Below, piece after piece: positions 46,905-61,391 of a DNA stretch of 64,000 nucleotides. The stretch covers positions 496,001 through 560,000 of the forward strand of contig CATNEN010000033.1 in assembly GCA_950097015.1 (NCBI GenBank). Reading direction: 5' to 3'. Every line of letters starts with the position of its first letter. Positions within the stretch are counted from its first letter, which is position 1. A program made the translations under genes and the position numbers. Below the pieces are notes generated by a model that saw only the letters and a program-made list of their open reading frames with translations, did not search any database and was not told the DNA's origin. The DNA is from Macrostomum hystrix. Taxonomy: Eukaryota > Animalia > Platyhelminthes.

Positions 46905-47690
46905 AAAGTAACGGCGATGGCGGTAACGACGTGACGAAAATTTATGAAGCAATAGTAACGGTCGTTACTTTCAATCGTTACTTTCCGTTTTTTCACACTT
47001 GTACCCTAAATCTGCTACTTTTACGTAAGCATGTTACAAATGCGTGTAGCTTTTTATCGGTCATTATTCATATCATGCGTTGTAATCTCCAACATCGTCC
47101 AATTTTTTTGACTCCGTTATCATTATCACTCTCACTAGCTGATTTTGACCTTTCGGGCTTGGGTTTAGTAACCTTGAGATCACATGAAGATTTTAGACTA
47201 GATTTTAAATATATATGATTGATGACAATATAAAATTGTCGTCAGAGTAAAGGAGCAGACTATAGTCAGTCTATGGATTGACCAATAAATATATCATGGA
47301 ATTTGGAGTTCGCAACAAAAACAAACAACTTCTGATCAAAATGAATGCAAAATGTATCAATATAAACAAAGAAATCGAAATATATAATTGCTAATTTTAT
47401 AATTTTGATTATTTTTATGCTATTTTTTCGAAAAGAAAAAATCGAAAATTTTAAATTTTGTTAATGCAGAAAAATATATAATTTGCAGTGCTGCTAATTG
47501 GACTTATTAATTTTTTTTCGGAAACTGGTAACGAAAACAGGTAACGGGAAATGCACACTGTTGGTAACGACTCGCTACCATCATTTTCGTTACCAGCCCG
47601 TGGTAACGCGAAAAGTAACGTTCTAAAAAAGGAACGAGCGTTACCACATTGGTAACTAGTAACGAGTAATGCGCCCTAAACGGAAACGAA
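46905..47690. mobile_element. Possible non-autonomous DNA transposon with GTAAC(G) subterminal motifs
   Basis: Dense GTAACG/CGTTAC motifs at 46905-47000 and 47520-47670 around an AT-rich core. No clear TIR or TSD found. Confidence 0.3.
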
Positions 47691-50600
47691 AGCGCTTCAA
47701 AAAATTGTTGATGTTTTGGCCAGTACTTTAACTAACTACTTTGGATTCGTACATTTTAGATGCTCAGGTGCATTTATTGTAGCTTCTTTTTTATTTTAAA
47801 AATATTTATGTATTTTAAAATATATTGTAAAAATCTTTTTAAATTAGAAAGTCTCAGTAGAAAAATTTAATTAACTTTATTCGTTAGCAAATCGGCTTTG
47901 CAATCAATTTGTGACATTCGATCAAAAGCCACAAAGCTACAAATAAGATTTTTATTATAACTACCAAAAATATAACTTCATGCATAACTATAATTTTAAT
48001 ATATCAATCACGACATAAAATTTGATAGTCATATTCATATCGATCCCCTACAAACTTTTACTTGTTATTTGTTACATTAACCTTTTTATTTACTGTTTTT
48101 TTACTTACTGTTCATTTACTGTTTTTTTACTTACTGTTTATTTACTGTTTTTTATTATTTACTATTTATTAAAAACTATTGCACAAAAACTTTTACTTAC
48201 CCTATTCTACTGTACTACTCGTAATATGGTATGTTCATTGCATCTATATTTTTCACTCAGTTTCTGCCCTGAACTATTGAATTACAATAAACAAAAGTTA
48301 TAAACATAACTAACTTTGATTAGTTAACTGTATGAAAATTACAATCTTCACGTGCTTGAGTAAAGAATTAAATTATTTACTATATGATACAGCTCAGGTT
48401 GACGATATTAAAATAAAGAGGACTCTATTTAAAGAAATCAAAAGTAATTTTCCCATGCACTTAGCTGTTTGTTTAAGTTTAATTTGGCACTCACCATAAT
48501 CTTCGCGGCTGTTTTTTGAAATGATTTTGTGATTAGATTCGTTTATTGTACGGAGCCCTCTTGGTATTTCCTTCAAAATTGAAATTCTGCCATTTGTATT
48601 TACGCATAAAGAAGTTGTTAAAACAAACGTTTCTTTTTTTGACAGATTTCATTTATGGCTTTTTAAGGTCCGTTTTTTGCACTATAGTCAGCCTTTAATG
48701 ATATTACTGCAAAAAAGTGAAAACAAAGTTTTCTGTTTATTGTCACTAAACATAACACGCTAGCACGCAACCGTGAGTCTATCTTTATTGCAACGAACTC
48801 AATTATGCTGTCTGGCTGCAGCGCGCCCCCATTCCTTGCGGTTAGGTGTTTGTCATCCCAGATTTGTATCTGGGATGACACGCCGTATCGCTCGCCTATC
48901 GCACAATTTCGTATTTTTCATTTAAAGACCCAAAATGATGGTTTATAAATATATTATTTAGTTATATACACGCTTAAAATACTTAAAACATAAAATTTGC
49001 CGCAAATGATTTCTGTAATCCACAAGAAATGGCGTAATGTCTTTCGCATTTCAGTTTTATAGCTTTTTAGCTTGATTTCTCGTGGTTTTTTATCCGTTCG
49101 ATTGTCTTCCTAAAAATGATAATTAAAATCAAGTTCTTTTTATTTGTCTGACTTCAAATATGAAAAACCAGGAATCATGCCTTTGTCGGGTGCTTTTTAT
49201 AAATTCATTTAATACAAAAGCTGCTAAAAATTGTAAATTAAAAGTACTATTATTTGCGAATGCCTCAAAATTAAAAAATACTACTAGCATGTCCATTTTG
49301 CAGCGAACAGCAGCAACAGCGATCGCATCATCAAAACGTTTTCAGTATGACCAATGAGCAGCGGCAATTGTATGACACGCGATACGAATGCATTTTGTGG
49401 TCGGAGCCATCAGCCAAGCCAGCCGTGGACAATTTAGGTGGGCTGTAAGCTACCCACTGCTGTTGCAAGGAGTAAGCGAGATGCAATTAAGCGCTAGATA
49501 ACAGGAATCAGAAATATATTTCTGATCAAAGCTATCCATTGTATTGATTTATAAAAAATATGCCAAGGTGTACCTAACGGAATCAAGGATGGGAAGGAAG
49601 GGCAGCTCAGTATACTGTCTTGCAGCCTAGCACCTGCTAGTGTTACTGTCATCCGTAAATCAATTATCGACGGTGAGACTTTGCACTTATTTTTCGATTT
49701 TTCGATGGCGATTGGTTGAATAATTTTGGAGAAACAGAAAAATGAAAAATATAGGCATTTGAAATACTCCCATTGTATTAATACTGTTAACAAATTTCTG
49801 TGTTTAATACTTGTTTATCACAGCTGCAGTCTTTTGAAAGCTTAAAAAGTGTAAATGCTTTGAGTGTTAGCCTACCTAACTACATAATTTAGCACTCAAA
49901 AGCATCAAGGTTCAGATCATTAATTAACCTGGTTTGCTAATTATAGAATCGAGCAGTTTGTGCTCGAAAAATGGCTCTGCCATAGCGTTTTCGTCTTCTG
50001 TCTGTCGTAAAAGAGCCTCATGCACTTTTCAGAAGTCAGAGCGAAACACAAATGTATTTTCATGTCACTAAGGCTTCTGAATTGTTTTTTTTAACGACAA
50101 GGCTTTATCTACAACACGAGTGAAATTTGCAGAGTAATTGCTATTTGCTATAGCAGCGCATTAAACTCTGGGGTGCCCGGAAACGTTCGGGAATTTTCCA
50201 AAGCCGAATTCTACCACAAAGTTCATGCAGCGGCAATCGTTGAAGCAACATGTACTGCCGGCTGACACAGCACCAGTGAAGGGAGAGATTGTGGACTCTG
50301 TGACGGTTGAGAATGCTTGGAGATAAGCCGGCAGTACATGCGCACACCTGCAATCAAGCGAGCTGGCCCGAAACCAAGACAAGAGTGACTTGTAACGGGC
50401 GCACTGCACTACCCGCTCTCCACTCAGCGCACTGAATGCACAGAGTAAAGAGCATTCACTGCGACCAGTTGTTTATTTTCTGATTTGGGAGCCTGCATTT
50501 CAACATGCTAGTATTTCAGACCTACTGACCCAGTTTCTATCGAGCTAGTCTACCGAAGCCTCTCTCCAAATGATTTAGAGCAGTGATAAGAGCTCACTAC

Positions 50601-51510
50601 CCTAACTTATGCCCTTTTGCACAACTTGCTTTGCCGCAGTAAGCCTTTGCAAAAATTCGGGCGTGCTAAAATTCTATTCGCTCTAGAGAAGTACACTTGG
50701 TCGCGTTTGCCACGAAGCTTCTCGATCCACAATGAGATCCAGTCCGGATAGCTGAACTGCTAGTTGCAATGCTTAAAAGAGTAGAAAGACTACGGCGGTA
50801 TTTCAAATATCCACATTTTTTCTTTTCTCCACATCGCCTAAATCGCCATGAAAAACCTGCACAAAGGCGAATCTATTCGGTAAAACAACATTGGAATCGT
50901 CGAGATACTCAAGGATTCTCATCGGGGTGTCTGGTGGCAAAGGCTCTTGTTTTTATTTTAATACAATTAAACCAATATGATTCGCCCTAGAGGCACTGTT
51001 ACCCCTTGTAACCCCAGAGGCCCCTTGTCACCAGAGTCCGACAAGAACCGCTGAATATCTGGACGATTCTGACGTCGGATGGCCTCGGAAGTTAGTTCAT
51101 CGTGAAGGGCGGGAAATTGAGAGTTTTTCACGAAAATCGGTCATTGGGTTTGGGAGCTATCGGGAAGTAGGCTGTGGGTACTTTAGCCCCGCGGTCTTCC
51201 CCAGGGGGAAATGGCGTGGTATTTCTACCGAATTCACGGAGCTAAACTTGATTTCTAGAGCAAGTATCTAATTAGTATGCATAGTCTATATATTCAGTTC
51301 GAGCAATAAAATAACGGAGCTCTAGACTAAATCGGTCCGGGTCCACAGGGGTCTGTTGAAGAAACGCCGAAATTTATCAACCAATATTGATGGTGAAGCA
51401 GTTTTACTTTTACTGATACTTTTGAAACTCTAAAATCTGGCCCACTCAGCTGTTTAGGCCTTATTAAAGGAAACCGAATTTACTAATCACCATTCATGAC
51501 CAAGCAAGCA

Positions 51511-51882
51511 GGGGGTCGGTGGCAGAGCGGTTATCGCGTTTGCCTCTCGCACCACGGTCCCTAAGTTCGCTTCCACGGCGAGGCCACATTTATTTGGGGC
51601 GCAGCCGCGGAGAGAAGGCTTGGGGGCTTGTCGTGCAATTTATGCCCTTGAGGGCCAACCTCCAAGGCACAGTGAAGTGTACACTGCCTGACGATGAGAA
51701 AGTCAAGGCAGATGTACACACCTGTGTGAGCGCATGCCTGCGTACAGTATCTGTGTGCGTGTGTGCTCAGGAGCCAGCGAAATGGGCAGAATTGCCTCCT
51801 CGCTGGCTGCGGGTCTAGTGTCACTAAGTGATGTGCCACTGCCCGCAGCTCTCCTGCAATTACAAGTATTATTATTATTATT
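51511..51882 (+). mobile_element. tRNA-derived SINE, full length, with 15-bp TSD
   Basis: TSD ATGACCAAGCAAGCA at 51496..51510 and 51883..51897; A/B-box-like head; (TAT)n tail. Confidence 0.9.
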
Positions 51883-52663
51883 ATGACCAAGCAAGCACTG
51901 ACGCAATCGCGTGTTGGCAGGGTCAGAATTACAAATATATGTTTTGCATTTTCTTCTAGAAAAGCTTCTCATTGTCAATCGGCTGAAGTTTTGTTTGTTT
52001 GCGACACCAATTGTTTCATATGCATAATTACCATACGCAAGACCCATTTGCGAGTGGGGAGGGACCTCCTCTTTAAGATCGGTCAGGTTCCTTCTTCGTT
52101 TGCATGCAAGCCTGTGAGTGCGTAAGCAGCAATGGGCCCGCAGGAAACGAGCTAGAGGTAGGTGAAAGCCTGATTTCCATTCTAAAATCTCGGGCAGTAC
52201 GATTCGAGGTCGGTAAAATTGGCGCTGCGACTGTCAAGCCAGTTCATGCGTTTCATGCTTGACCGGCCGTTCGTCTGTGAAAAAAACGCTGGAAGGTTGT
52301 CGAAGACCCGTGACCAAATTATTTCTTTACAATTAGGTTCTTCCTGTTTTACAATCGAGCAACGAGTGCAGCAGTTGCCGTGGCTCACTGACAAGGCGAC
52401 TGAAATTAGCATATTTCAGTGACGAATCGAAAATGCACTTCGATGCAATTCGAGATTGTTGGACTCCCCACTCCCCTTGTATTCTGTCACAATGGAGCTG
52501 GTATAAATTCAAAGCTAGCGATTTTTTTCTTTATATTCACGTTGTCACCAGTGCGTGGCGGTGAGCGCTGCAACCCGGTGTGTATGCATTTACACCTAGG
52601 ACAGCGCATTTGTAAATTAATTACGACCCGATATCAGCTAAATTTAGCCGAATCATTTATATG

Positions 52664-53890
52664 AGATAATGTTGGACACACAGGAGTATCAGGTGATAAT
52701 GTTGGACACGCTTGAGAGTCAGGAGATAATTTTGGACACACTTTGGAGTGGCAGGAGATAATGTTGGACACACTTTGGAGTGGCAGGAGATAATGTTGGA
52801 CACACTTTTGAGTGGCAGGAGATAATGTTGGACACACTTTGGAGTGGCAGGAGATAATGTTAGACACACTTTGGAGTGGCAGGAGATAATGTTGGACACG
52901 CTTGAGAGTCAGGAGATAATGTTGGACACACTTTGGAGTGGCAGGAGATAATGTTAGACACACAGGAGTATCAGGTGATAATGTTGGACACACAGGAGTA
53001 TCAGGTGATAATGTTGGACACGCTTGAGAGTCAGGAGATAATTTTGGACATACTTTGGAGTGGCAGGAGATAATGTTGGACACACTTTGGAGTGGCAGGA
53101 GATAATGTTGGACATACTTTGGAGTGGCAGGAGATAATGTTAGACACACTTTGGAGTGGCAGGAGATAATGTTGGACACACTTTGGAGTGGCAGGAGATA
53201 ATGTTAGACACACTTTGGAGTGGCAGGAGATAATGTTAGACACACTTTGGAGTGGCAGGAGATAATGTTAGACACACTTTGGAGTGGCAGGAGATAATGT
53301 TAGACACACTTTGGAGTGGCAGGAGATAATTTTGGACACACTTTGGAGTGGCAGGAGATAATGTTAGACACACTTTGGAGTGGCAGGAGATAATGTTAGA
53401 CACACTTTGGAGTGGCAGGAGATAATGTTAGACACACTTTGGAGTGGCAGGAGATAATGTTGGACACACTTTGGAGTGGCAGGAGATAATGTTGGACATA
53501 CTTTGGAGTGGCAGGAGATAATGTTGGACATACTTTGGAGTGGCAGGAGATAATGTTAGACACACTTTGGAGTGGCAGGAGATAATGTTAGACACACTTT
53601 GGAGTGGCAGGAGATAATGTTAGACACACTTTGGAGTGGCAGGAGATAATGTTGGACACACTTTGGAGTAGCAGGAGATAATGTTGGACACACTTTGGAG
53701 TGGCAGGAGATAATGTTGGACACACTTTGGAGTGGCAGGAGATAATGTTAGACACACTTTGGAGTGGCAGGAGATAATGTTGGACACACTTTGGAGTGGC
53801 AGGAGATAATGTTAGACACACTTTGGAGTGGCAGGAGATAATTTTGGACACATGGAAGCGTCTGGGGTGATGTTGGACACATGGAAGTGT
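52664..53890. repeat. 32-bp minisatellite (GGACACACTTTGGAGTGGCAGGAGATAATGTT), about 1.2 kb
   Basis: More than 35 units including 31-bp variants. Confidence 0.95.
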
Positions 53891-56800
53891 CAGGTGATAC
53901 TGGACTGGCTGAAGTGTCATTTCTAGCACAATGAAGTACCAAAGTATAATAAGAATGAGGATGGAAAATGAAGGCAAAGTGGAGTCCTACTCGTATGAAA
54001 TGCGGCCCAGAACCAGGTAATCACATGCTTGAAGTGTCTCTATGTCTAATTTATAATGGCAAACCGTGTCGACCTGAAAGCAGCTGCATTCTGGATGCAA
54101 TGCAATGCACTAATTTTAGCTCGCCCCCATTCTACCAGAATGAAGCCACCCGTTCTGATGATAGTGCATGGCATTTCACATCTCCCGCTCTCCACCCGAA
54201 AGCAGCAGAGACAGAGAAGCTTCATTTAAATTAATGCCCGGAGAGTTGATCGGTGTGGACGCAGGGCGCTATTTGCATTGTTGGGCCACAGCCACTGTAC
54301 AGCTGAAATCCACAGCTTCCCAATGATCCAGCGAAGGCTTGTGCTAGCCTAAAAGTGCACTGCCCTATTTTTTTCCGCGGACTCGCTAGTAGGGGAAGGG
54401 ACTCAGACTCAAAGTCCGAAAAGCCACAGACCTATGATGTCAGGGCAGCATTCTCTAGCGAGAGCAGCAGAACAAGTACGCGTGGCACTGGGCTAGAGCT
54501 GCTGCTGCTCTGCCCCACTCTGACATGGCCTGATTCAGAAGATGGGGCATGCTGGGGGTTAGAAAACAGAGACAGGGTGAGAGAACGGAGAAGCCAGATA
54601 GAAGTACCTGCAGCTCTATCCTGCAGCAGCTCGGGAAACCAGTTTAGAAATGCCTCTTCGCTGCCGCTAGTCTAACTCAAAAACATGAAGAACTTTTAAG
54701 CACCAATTTCCGTGCCTCTGGCAGACAAAAGCAAGATTTCCTGCTTCGCCAGTGGGTTTATTGGCAGTTTTACTCACGTAAAATTATCGCGTGGCACAGA
54801 CAGTTCAGATGGCGGGGGTCCAGAGACAGAAATTAGGTAAGGCGAAAATGTGCAAGAATAATGCCATTGTCAAATCGATTAAATAGTTAAAAACACAGCG
54901 AGCTATAGAAATGTGTGTGGTGCACCAGCGATCGGAATGACAGTGTGTTCTGCGAGTAAATAAGATCAAGGAGAAAACGCATCATAACAGCACACTTTCT
55001 CTATACAGCTTTACTAGCAGCAGGTGGAACGTACGCAGTAAGTTATAGAGCTCTTGGGTGCAAGTGCTACTCAAATAGGTTGCAGAACCAAACTAGACAC
55101 AAGATATTAGCTCAAAAAGCAACAATTAAAAATCCAAGTATGCAGAAAATTGGCATTAACGAGGAGGAAAATGATTTGTGCCAGAAAAAATGCTCACCTA
55201 AATAGGTGAGAACATGCGGACAGGTGCCGCTGAGTATACAATGCCCCATAGCTGACAGGGATAGCGAGGCAAGAAGAGAAACTAACTGAACGACTAAAAT
55301 AAAATGATGGCTTTATGTTTTGCGACTACAAATACATTTGAAGCATTCGCGAAGCGGCACAACGATCACTAAAAGATCGAATCGCTTTATTAGTACGAAT
55401 TTTCAACATGGACTGGGCAACTGTTCTGCCGTAGTGACGAATGGGGCTGGGTGAGTCTTTTGGTTGTTGGCATTTTCGACAAGCAAAAAGTAACGGTAGC
55501 ACAATAGGTCAGAAAAGGAGAATGGACAAACAATAACACGATGAAAGGAAATTGAAGCACAGCTAGTCATCTGTAGACAATTAATGTCGCCCATAATTAG
55601 CATGTCTGCGAATTGAGCTCTAATTCTTACGGTTAACTTCTTTGCTTACAAAACAGTACAAAGGCTTGGGCGCCTCTCTCGCTATGGTCAGATTCAAAGA
55701 GCGCCATGCACTGCCAAGTTGCTTTTCTGCCCGCCGAGTGCGGATAGCTAAAACCTTGCCGAACCGGACGATTGGGCGGAAGGCATAGGAAATGGCTTTT
55801 TTAACACTGTACAGGGCGGGCCAGGGTGAAGGGGGAACAGGAGAGCTGGTACGGAAGCGGGCAGTTGGGAATGCAAGAATGCGCGTGGGGTGAAGAGTCG
55901 GGAGAAGAGAGGAGTGAAGCCAACTCAGAATGTACTGTACAGCTCAGGAAGATCGTTTCCTGGGCGCACAGGACTCACGGCCTGCTCTGACACTTGACAC
56001 GGCCAAAAATGTGTCCACGCTCCTCCGCGCAGCTGTGTGGCAGGCGGGCAAGGGTGAGCGGGACGTCCAACTCGGTTGGAGTGGCTTGCAGTGAGTAAGA
56101 GGGCCGGGGGTAGAGGAGAGAACGGGGTGGGCTAACGTTCAAGCTGACAAGGTTTCCTATAGGGCCTTCTGTGCTGCCCTAGTTTCCCTTGAACTCTTAG
56201 GAGATGAGCCAATCGGGTTCTGACGCGCCTGCCTGATGCGATACCAAAAGAGGTTGAATTGCCATGGAGACAGGATTACAAAAGCAAGTAAATATTGGGC
56301 ACTCATGCATTCAGTGAGACCAATTTGCATGATAGCAGGGACATCAGTTAGAGCTCTAAAAGTCAGGTGGAAAAGTAAATTAGCAAACAAGGAATGATAC
56401 AAAAGTCCTTCACAAGTCGTCCTGTACACAATCGATAGTTTATGGGCGTTAAATAATGATCTTACAGGCTACAATGCACCTTAACTCCATTGAGTGGGGT
56501 TCAAAACAGACTGGGGAGCCATTTGGTTTGATTGAAGAAGCTCGAGAATTCTTTAAAAAAACCCCAGCTTCACGCCGCATGAATGTACAACAACGTCAAA
56601 GTTTGAACAACACGAACGGATGGAATGTAAAAGGAATTTGGAGCCTCCGTGGCTCATCGGACCTAACATAATCTTTGCTGCAGGATGTCAATAGAGATTC
56701 TCAGGACACGCATCAGCAAAGCGAAGGACGCAGTGCAGTTGGCATCCCTAACTCCTGAAAATTGATCTGTTAAACAAAAATAACTCTGTGTTGTCATGCA

Positions 56801-57135
56801 AAATCTTTGAAAACAATTTAAAGCAGATATAAACTGCTCTCACTGACCAGAGAAACCGCTGGTCATTCAGGCATTGCCTATTTCGATCTCATAAGGGTTT
56901 TGCTGGGCTGTTATTTATCCCGAGAAAATCTCCGATGAAATGTTGCCAACGACCCCTGGAATAATGTGCTAACTAATTCGGCTGTTTCTAAAACAATATG
57001 CGCGAATAAGTCAACCAAGGACTACATCGCTTTCCACAATGAATGACCGAGCTTCTTCTGAACGATTAATGACAAAAAACAACAAGCTGAGCTGGGGCTG
57101 ATGCTGGAGCAGCTGGGCGCAGGTGCAGGTGAAAT

Positions 57136-60100
57136 TCAAGTGGCCTCCAGCTCCTGCATGATCGGCGGCGCGGCAGTGATTTGCATGACCTTGGAGCCGT
57201 CGCTGTATCGAACGTCCAGCCAACGAATGGGCAGCAGCAGCAGCAGCGCCCTCTTCGCCTTGTAGTTGGCGGCCGCAGGCACCGCCTCTTGCATGTTGGC
57301 TAGCCCGTCCAAGTATTGCATATAGTGCCATTGTGTGGCCTTAACCAGAGCTTTCTCAGCGTCGCTCAGCTCGAGACCAACGTCATCCTCGAGCAGGTAC
57401 AATCCCAGCAGAATGAGGGCGGCGACTTGGCGTTGCTCGCCAAACAGGGCGCGTATCTCGCAATAGTAGTTGCGCAATGTCTCGTAGATGCGCTCGACGT
57501 CAGCGGCGCTGTACAGTGGACGACCATCTACACAACGTCGCGTCATCAGACCCATGAAGGTGACCATGGTGGCCGCTTTAGTTTCAAGGACGACCTCCTC
57601 TAGGTTGCCATTGGCGACGCCGCCATTGTTGGCTCCGCCAGACTGTGAGGGATTGTCGAGCAGCAGCACCCACGCGTCGCGCGAGTAATCGTAGGAGAGC
57701 ACGCTGGCCAGCTGGATGCCGCCAAACACCTTGAACTGCAGGTGGAGGGCGGCCCTTGAGGCGCTTTGTTCATAACGACCATGCAAGTTTATTAAGTAAA
57801 TGTATGCACCAACATCTATAAATCAGGCGTTTGATATAAGCTCATAAGAAAATATGAGAAGAGTAGGTATTGAAGCATGGGATGCGCTGGAGTAGGGTGC
57901 ATTCCGGAAGTAAAATGGAGCCAGGCAGTGCTCGCAAATTTACTCAGCGATTTTAAAAAGCCAACACAAATAATGATTTAGTTAACAAAACGTGACCTTT
58001 CAAGCCCAAGAGCTTGAGAAAAAAGGAAAAGGGAAATGAAAATTGAGCAATTAGCAAGAGCAAGAAACAAAAAACACAGTGAGCTAAAAGCAGCGTGCTT
58101 TTCAGTACCCCGAAAATACGACGACTTCGCAAGAACTTCTGCGTCTCATCTGCCAGCTGCCATTAATCTCGATGCTGAAGACGTTATTGTGTAATTAGAA
58201 CTTCTCACCTTAACAATGCGGCCCAGAAGATTCTTCTCCATGTTCTCGAAGCCAGGCAGCTGCGGAATGAGGCGAATCATCTTGCGCACCGAGCTTTCAA
58301 GCGTTGAGAAGCCCTCCTCAGGGTTGAACAGCTTGGACGACACGCAGGGCCCACGCGACTCGTACGGCTGCTGATAGTTCTTCACGCACAGTAGCAGCTG
58401 CTGGTACACAAGTGAGAGCTCAAAGTTGTGAGCTAGCGATTCAATTTCCGTCAGCGAAGCAGCTCTACTCTCATCCAGGTCGCTAGTTGACGAGTCATCG
58501 AAGGCACCGGCTGCAGCGGCGGCGACGGCGGCAGCAGCAGCAGCCGCTGCACCCCCGCCAACACCAGCAGGGAATTCTACCTGCGAAGGCAGCGCCCGTG
58601 GAAGAGGCGGAAACGGTGGGGGAGGCAGCTGCCTGGAGGAGGCAGCGTTGGCAGCGGCTACAGCGGCCACGGCTGCGGCAGTGGCGGCAGCGTTGGTGGC
58701 TTCTGGGTCGTGTAGGTGATGATACTGCTGTGAGCCAAGCGGATGCTGGAACATGCGCAGCGGTGGCATGAACTGCTCAGCAGAAAGATCTCCGTTCCCA
58801 CCCCCGGTCATGCGGGGGATGCCGCGGCGCATCGCGGAGCCGTGAAGGTTAGGGCCAGTAGCCCCGATGCCAGAGAGCAGCTGGTCGACATTGACATCCG
58901 CTGGCACGCGGCACCAGCGGAAGCGCGGCTTCTTGAATGTTGGCCGGGCCCGCGTCTTCAACTTTTCGTCGGCTGTTGGAATGCCGGGTTCGAGTGACAA
59001 TAGTTCTTGGCGATTTCATTGCTCCATATTGAGAATGCTTAGGGCACTTAACAGACTTCGCAAAATACGGTCAGTATCGCGTACAGAATATTCAGTCTAG
59101 CCCAAAAGGGAGCTTGCAGCCCATTGGTTAGAGCTTCTGACCTTAGGATTTCTGACCAAAAGGTCGCGAGTTCGAATCTCAACCCAGAAGAAACTGCTTC
59201 TGTACTTGAAAAAATTTGATTCCCTGTAGCTCAAAAAGCTGTAAAATAAGTACTAGCATCAGTGCAGAATTCAATAGGGTAGCATTTTTGGTGGACGTGG
59301 CGGCCTGCCTAGTCCATGGACTGAACACTGTACACAGCCTTACAAAGCACCGAGGAATAAATACGGCTCTGTACATTTGGTCTAGGTTCCATTTCCATTA
59401 CTATCTATCTACGAAAGCTCGGACATGTACAAGGTTCCCACATCGCCAGCTGCAGGTAAAATACGAGTAGTGAACTCACACAGAATGAGGTCCTTCTTCA
59501 TGCCGACAGCGAAGCACTTGCGCAGCCGGCAGGCGGTGCAGGAGCGCCGGTACTCGCGCAGAATGTTACAGTTGTTCTGGTGCAGGCACTTGATCTGGCT
59601 CGGCTGTCAGGGGGGATCAAGGGGGGAAATCAAAGCTGTGCAAATATAGCTATCCCAGTGTTTATTAGCAGTCTCTGTTAGCCCAGGTGTGAAAGTGGCA
59701 TTGCGACGTTCCTGAAGACGAGTTTTCCAATCCTTAAATCACTGCGATGATGGCGATGTCGCTAATGTTTGAAAAATAGATTGCTTCTACGAGTAATTAG
59801 GTGAAACTATAGTGCGGAATCGAACAAGGATTATCCACCCAATTTTAACACTTTATCGACTTTTTATAGTCTAATGTACCTGCACACTTCACTAATGACT
59901 TATGCCGGGTTACTCGCCTTTAAGTTTAGGAAAGCAACCGTGCCAATCATTTTATAATCCAAGCTAAACGCAGAACGTCAAGGCGAACAAAAGTACATCT
60001 TCTCCTACCTCTCGCTTAGCGTTCCGCCGGAAGAAAGTCTTGCACGACTCGCACGTGGCCACTCCGAAATTGTTTCCGGATGCGGCTAGCTCGCACACAC

Positions 60101-60299
60101 AGCATTTTATTGCTACCTGCTGCTGCTGCTGCTCCTGCTGCCGCTGATCCTGCAGCTGCTGCTCCTGTTGTTGCTGCTGCTGCTGCTGCTGCTGAAGATG
60201 ATGCTGCTGCAGCTGTGGCGGCTGCTGATGAAGCTGATGCCGCATTGTCCAGGCTGGGAGGCCGAAGAAGCGACTGCTGGTATCTGCGCCGTCTCCCAT
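57136..60299 (-). CDS. Nuclear hormone receptor, NR1J/HR96/DAF-12-like (4 exons, about 592 aa)
   Basis: Exons 60299..60009, 59603..59480, 58972..58209, 57735..57136, GT-AG with consistent phases. DBD CCVCELAASGNNFGVATCESCKTFFRRNAKRE|PSQIKCLHQNNCNILREYRRSCTACRLRKCFAVGMKKDLIL|SDE. LBD: MIRLIPQLPGFENME...IVK|FKVFG, with AF-2-like PPIMQEL. Poly-Q N-terminus and poly-A hinge. Confidence 0.9.
59116..59184 (+). pseudogene. tRNA-like fragment (tRNA pseudogene or SINE head)
   Basis: TGGTTAGAGC A-box-like and GAGTTCGAATC B-box/T-loop motifs; no complete cloverleaf could be folded. Confidence 0.3.
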
Positions 60300-61391
60300 G
60301 CTGCATTCTGGTGGAGTTAGCCAACTCCTTCAGCTTAGAGTATATATAACTTTGACATGCCGTTTAGTGCTACGTTATTATTATTTTTATTCACGTGAAA
60401 TGTGAAAGACTGATTAGTATAGTATCTTCTAAAATCTCTCTCGCAATCCCGATGGATTCAAATTGAGATTCAAATTGTTTACCTTGCTGCTTACTAACGC
60501 ATGAACTCACCGCGTTAACTGGAAGATTGGTTTCCGTGTTGACTGGAAATGGACTCGGTCGCTGGCTCCTCGCACTGGCTTCACTATATTGTTAGTGTTA
60601 TGCAGGCTTCACTAAGAGCAGGTCTTTTTCTATCAGTTGTGCAGGCTTTCTTCCACGCTTTGTCAAACAAAACAACAGGAGACCAAATAAGAGCTAGCGC
60701 TTGTAGTAGAAGGACACGTTGCTTTGGAAAGTCGGTCGGGTTTTAGGGGTGGAGGTCGCACTTGCCTGACAATAAAAGCTTGGCGCGGGTGGGATGGTGG
60801 CGGCGGAGGGGGCGACTCGCGGGGTGGGGTTGGCTGGGACTGGGACCGTGGTCCATTTCTCTCTTTTTTCTCTATTTTTCTCTCCTCGTCCCCCTTTTGT
60901 AACTGAACAGTTTGAAGGCCTGGCCTCAGGCAGTACCCAGGGTGCAGTATTGCATAGATAAACAGGACCGGCTGCTCCTTCTAACTGGCGTTCACTCAAT
61001 GGTGTGCCTCTGTGTCCTCTGCTCTGCCCTGGCACTGCTATTGGCGTTTAAGCTTGTATTTGTGCATGCACAGCCACCCGGTGTCTATCTGCGCCAGTGC
61101 AATTTCTCCTCCGCACTTGCACGACCAAAAGTACAAGGCAACCTAGTTGTCGATGCTGAACTGTGTTGGGCCTTCCCAATTGTCGCACCTCCTTTGTTGA
61201 ATTTCCATGAAGTTTTGAAGAAACGGAATAGCATGCTATTTGTATTTCTTGGAACTCTAAGGCCTCCCCACAGCCCACGCTGGTCGATTTGTAGCTTGGA
61301 GCCTGGAGTTTTTATTATGTAGCTTGGTGAGCTCCATGACACACCATCCTAAAAAGGCATACTGGTACTGACAGACACGACTGTCATGACC

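Noticed and set aside
46300-57000. Short ORFs and scattered donor-like sites in the long intergenic region
   Set aside because: No coherent exon chain or protein motif could be assembled by eye. Non-coding or highly diverged exons cannot be excluded without RNA data.
58973-59100. Longer 5' extension of nuclear-receptor exon 3 (ORF start at 59000)
   Set aside because: The start is TTG with an in-frame TGA just upstream. The acceptor at 58973 restores the expected LIL-SDE junction.
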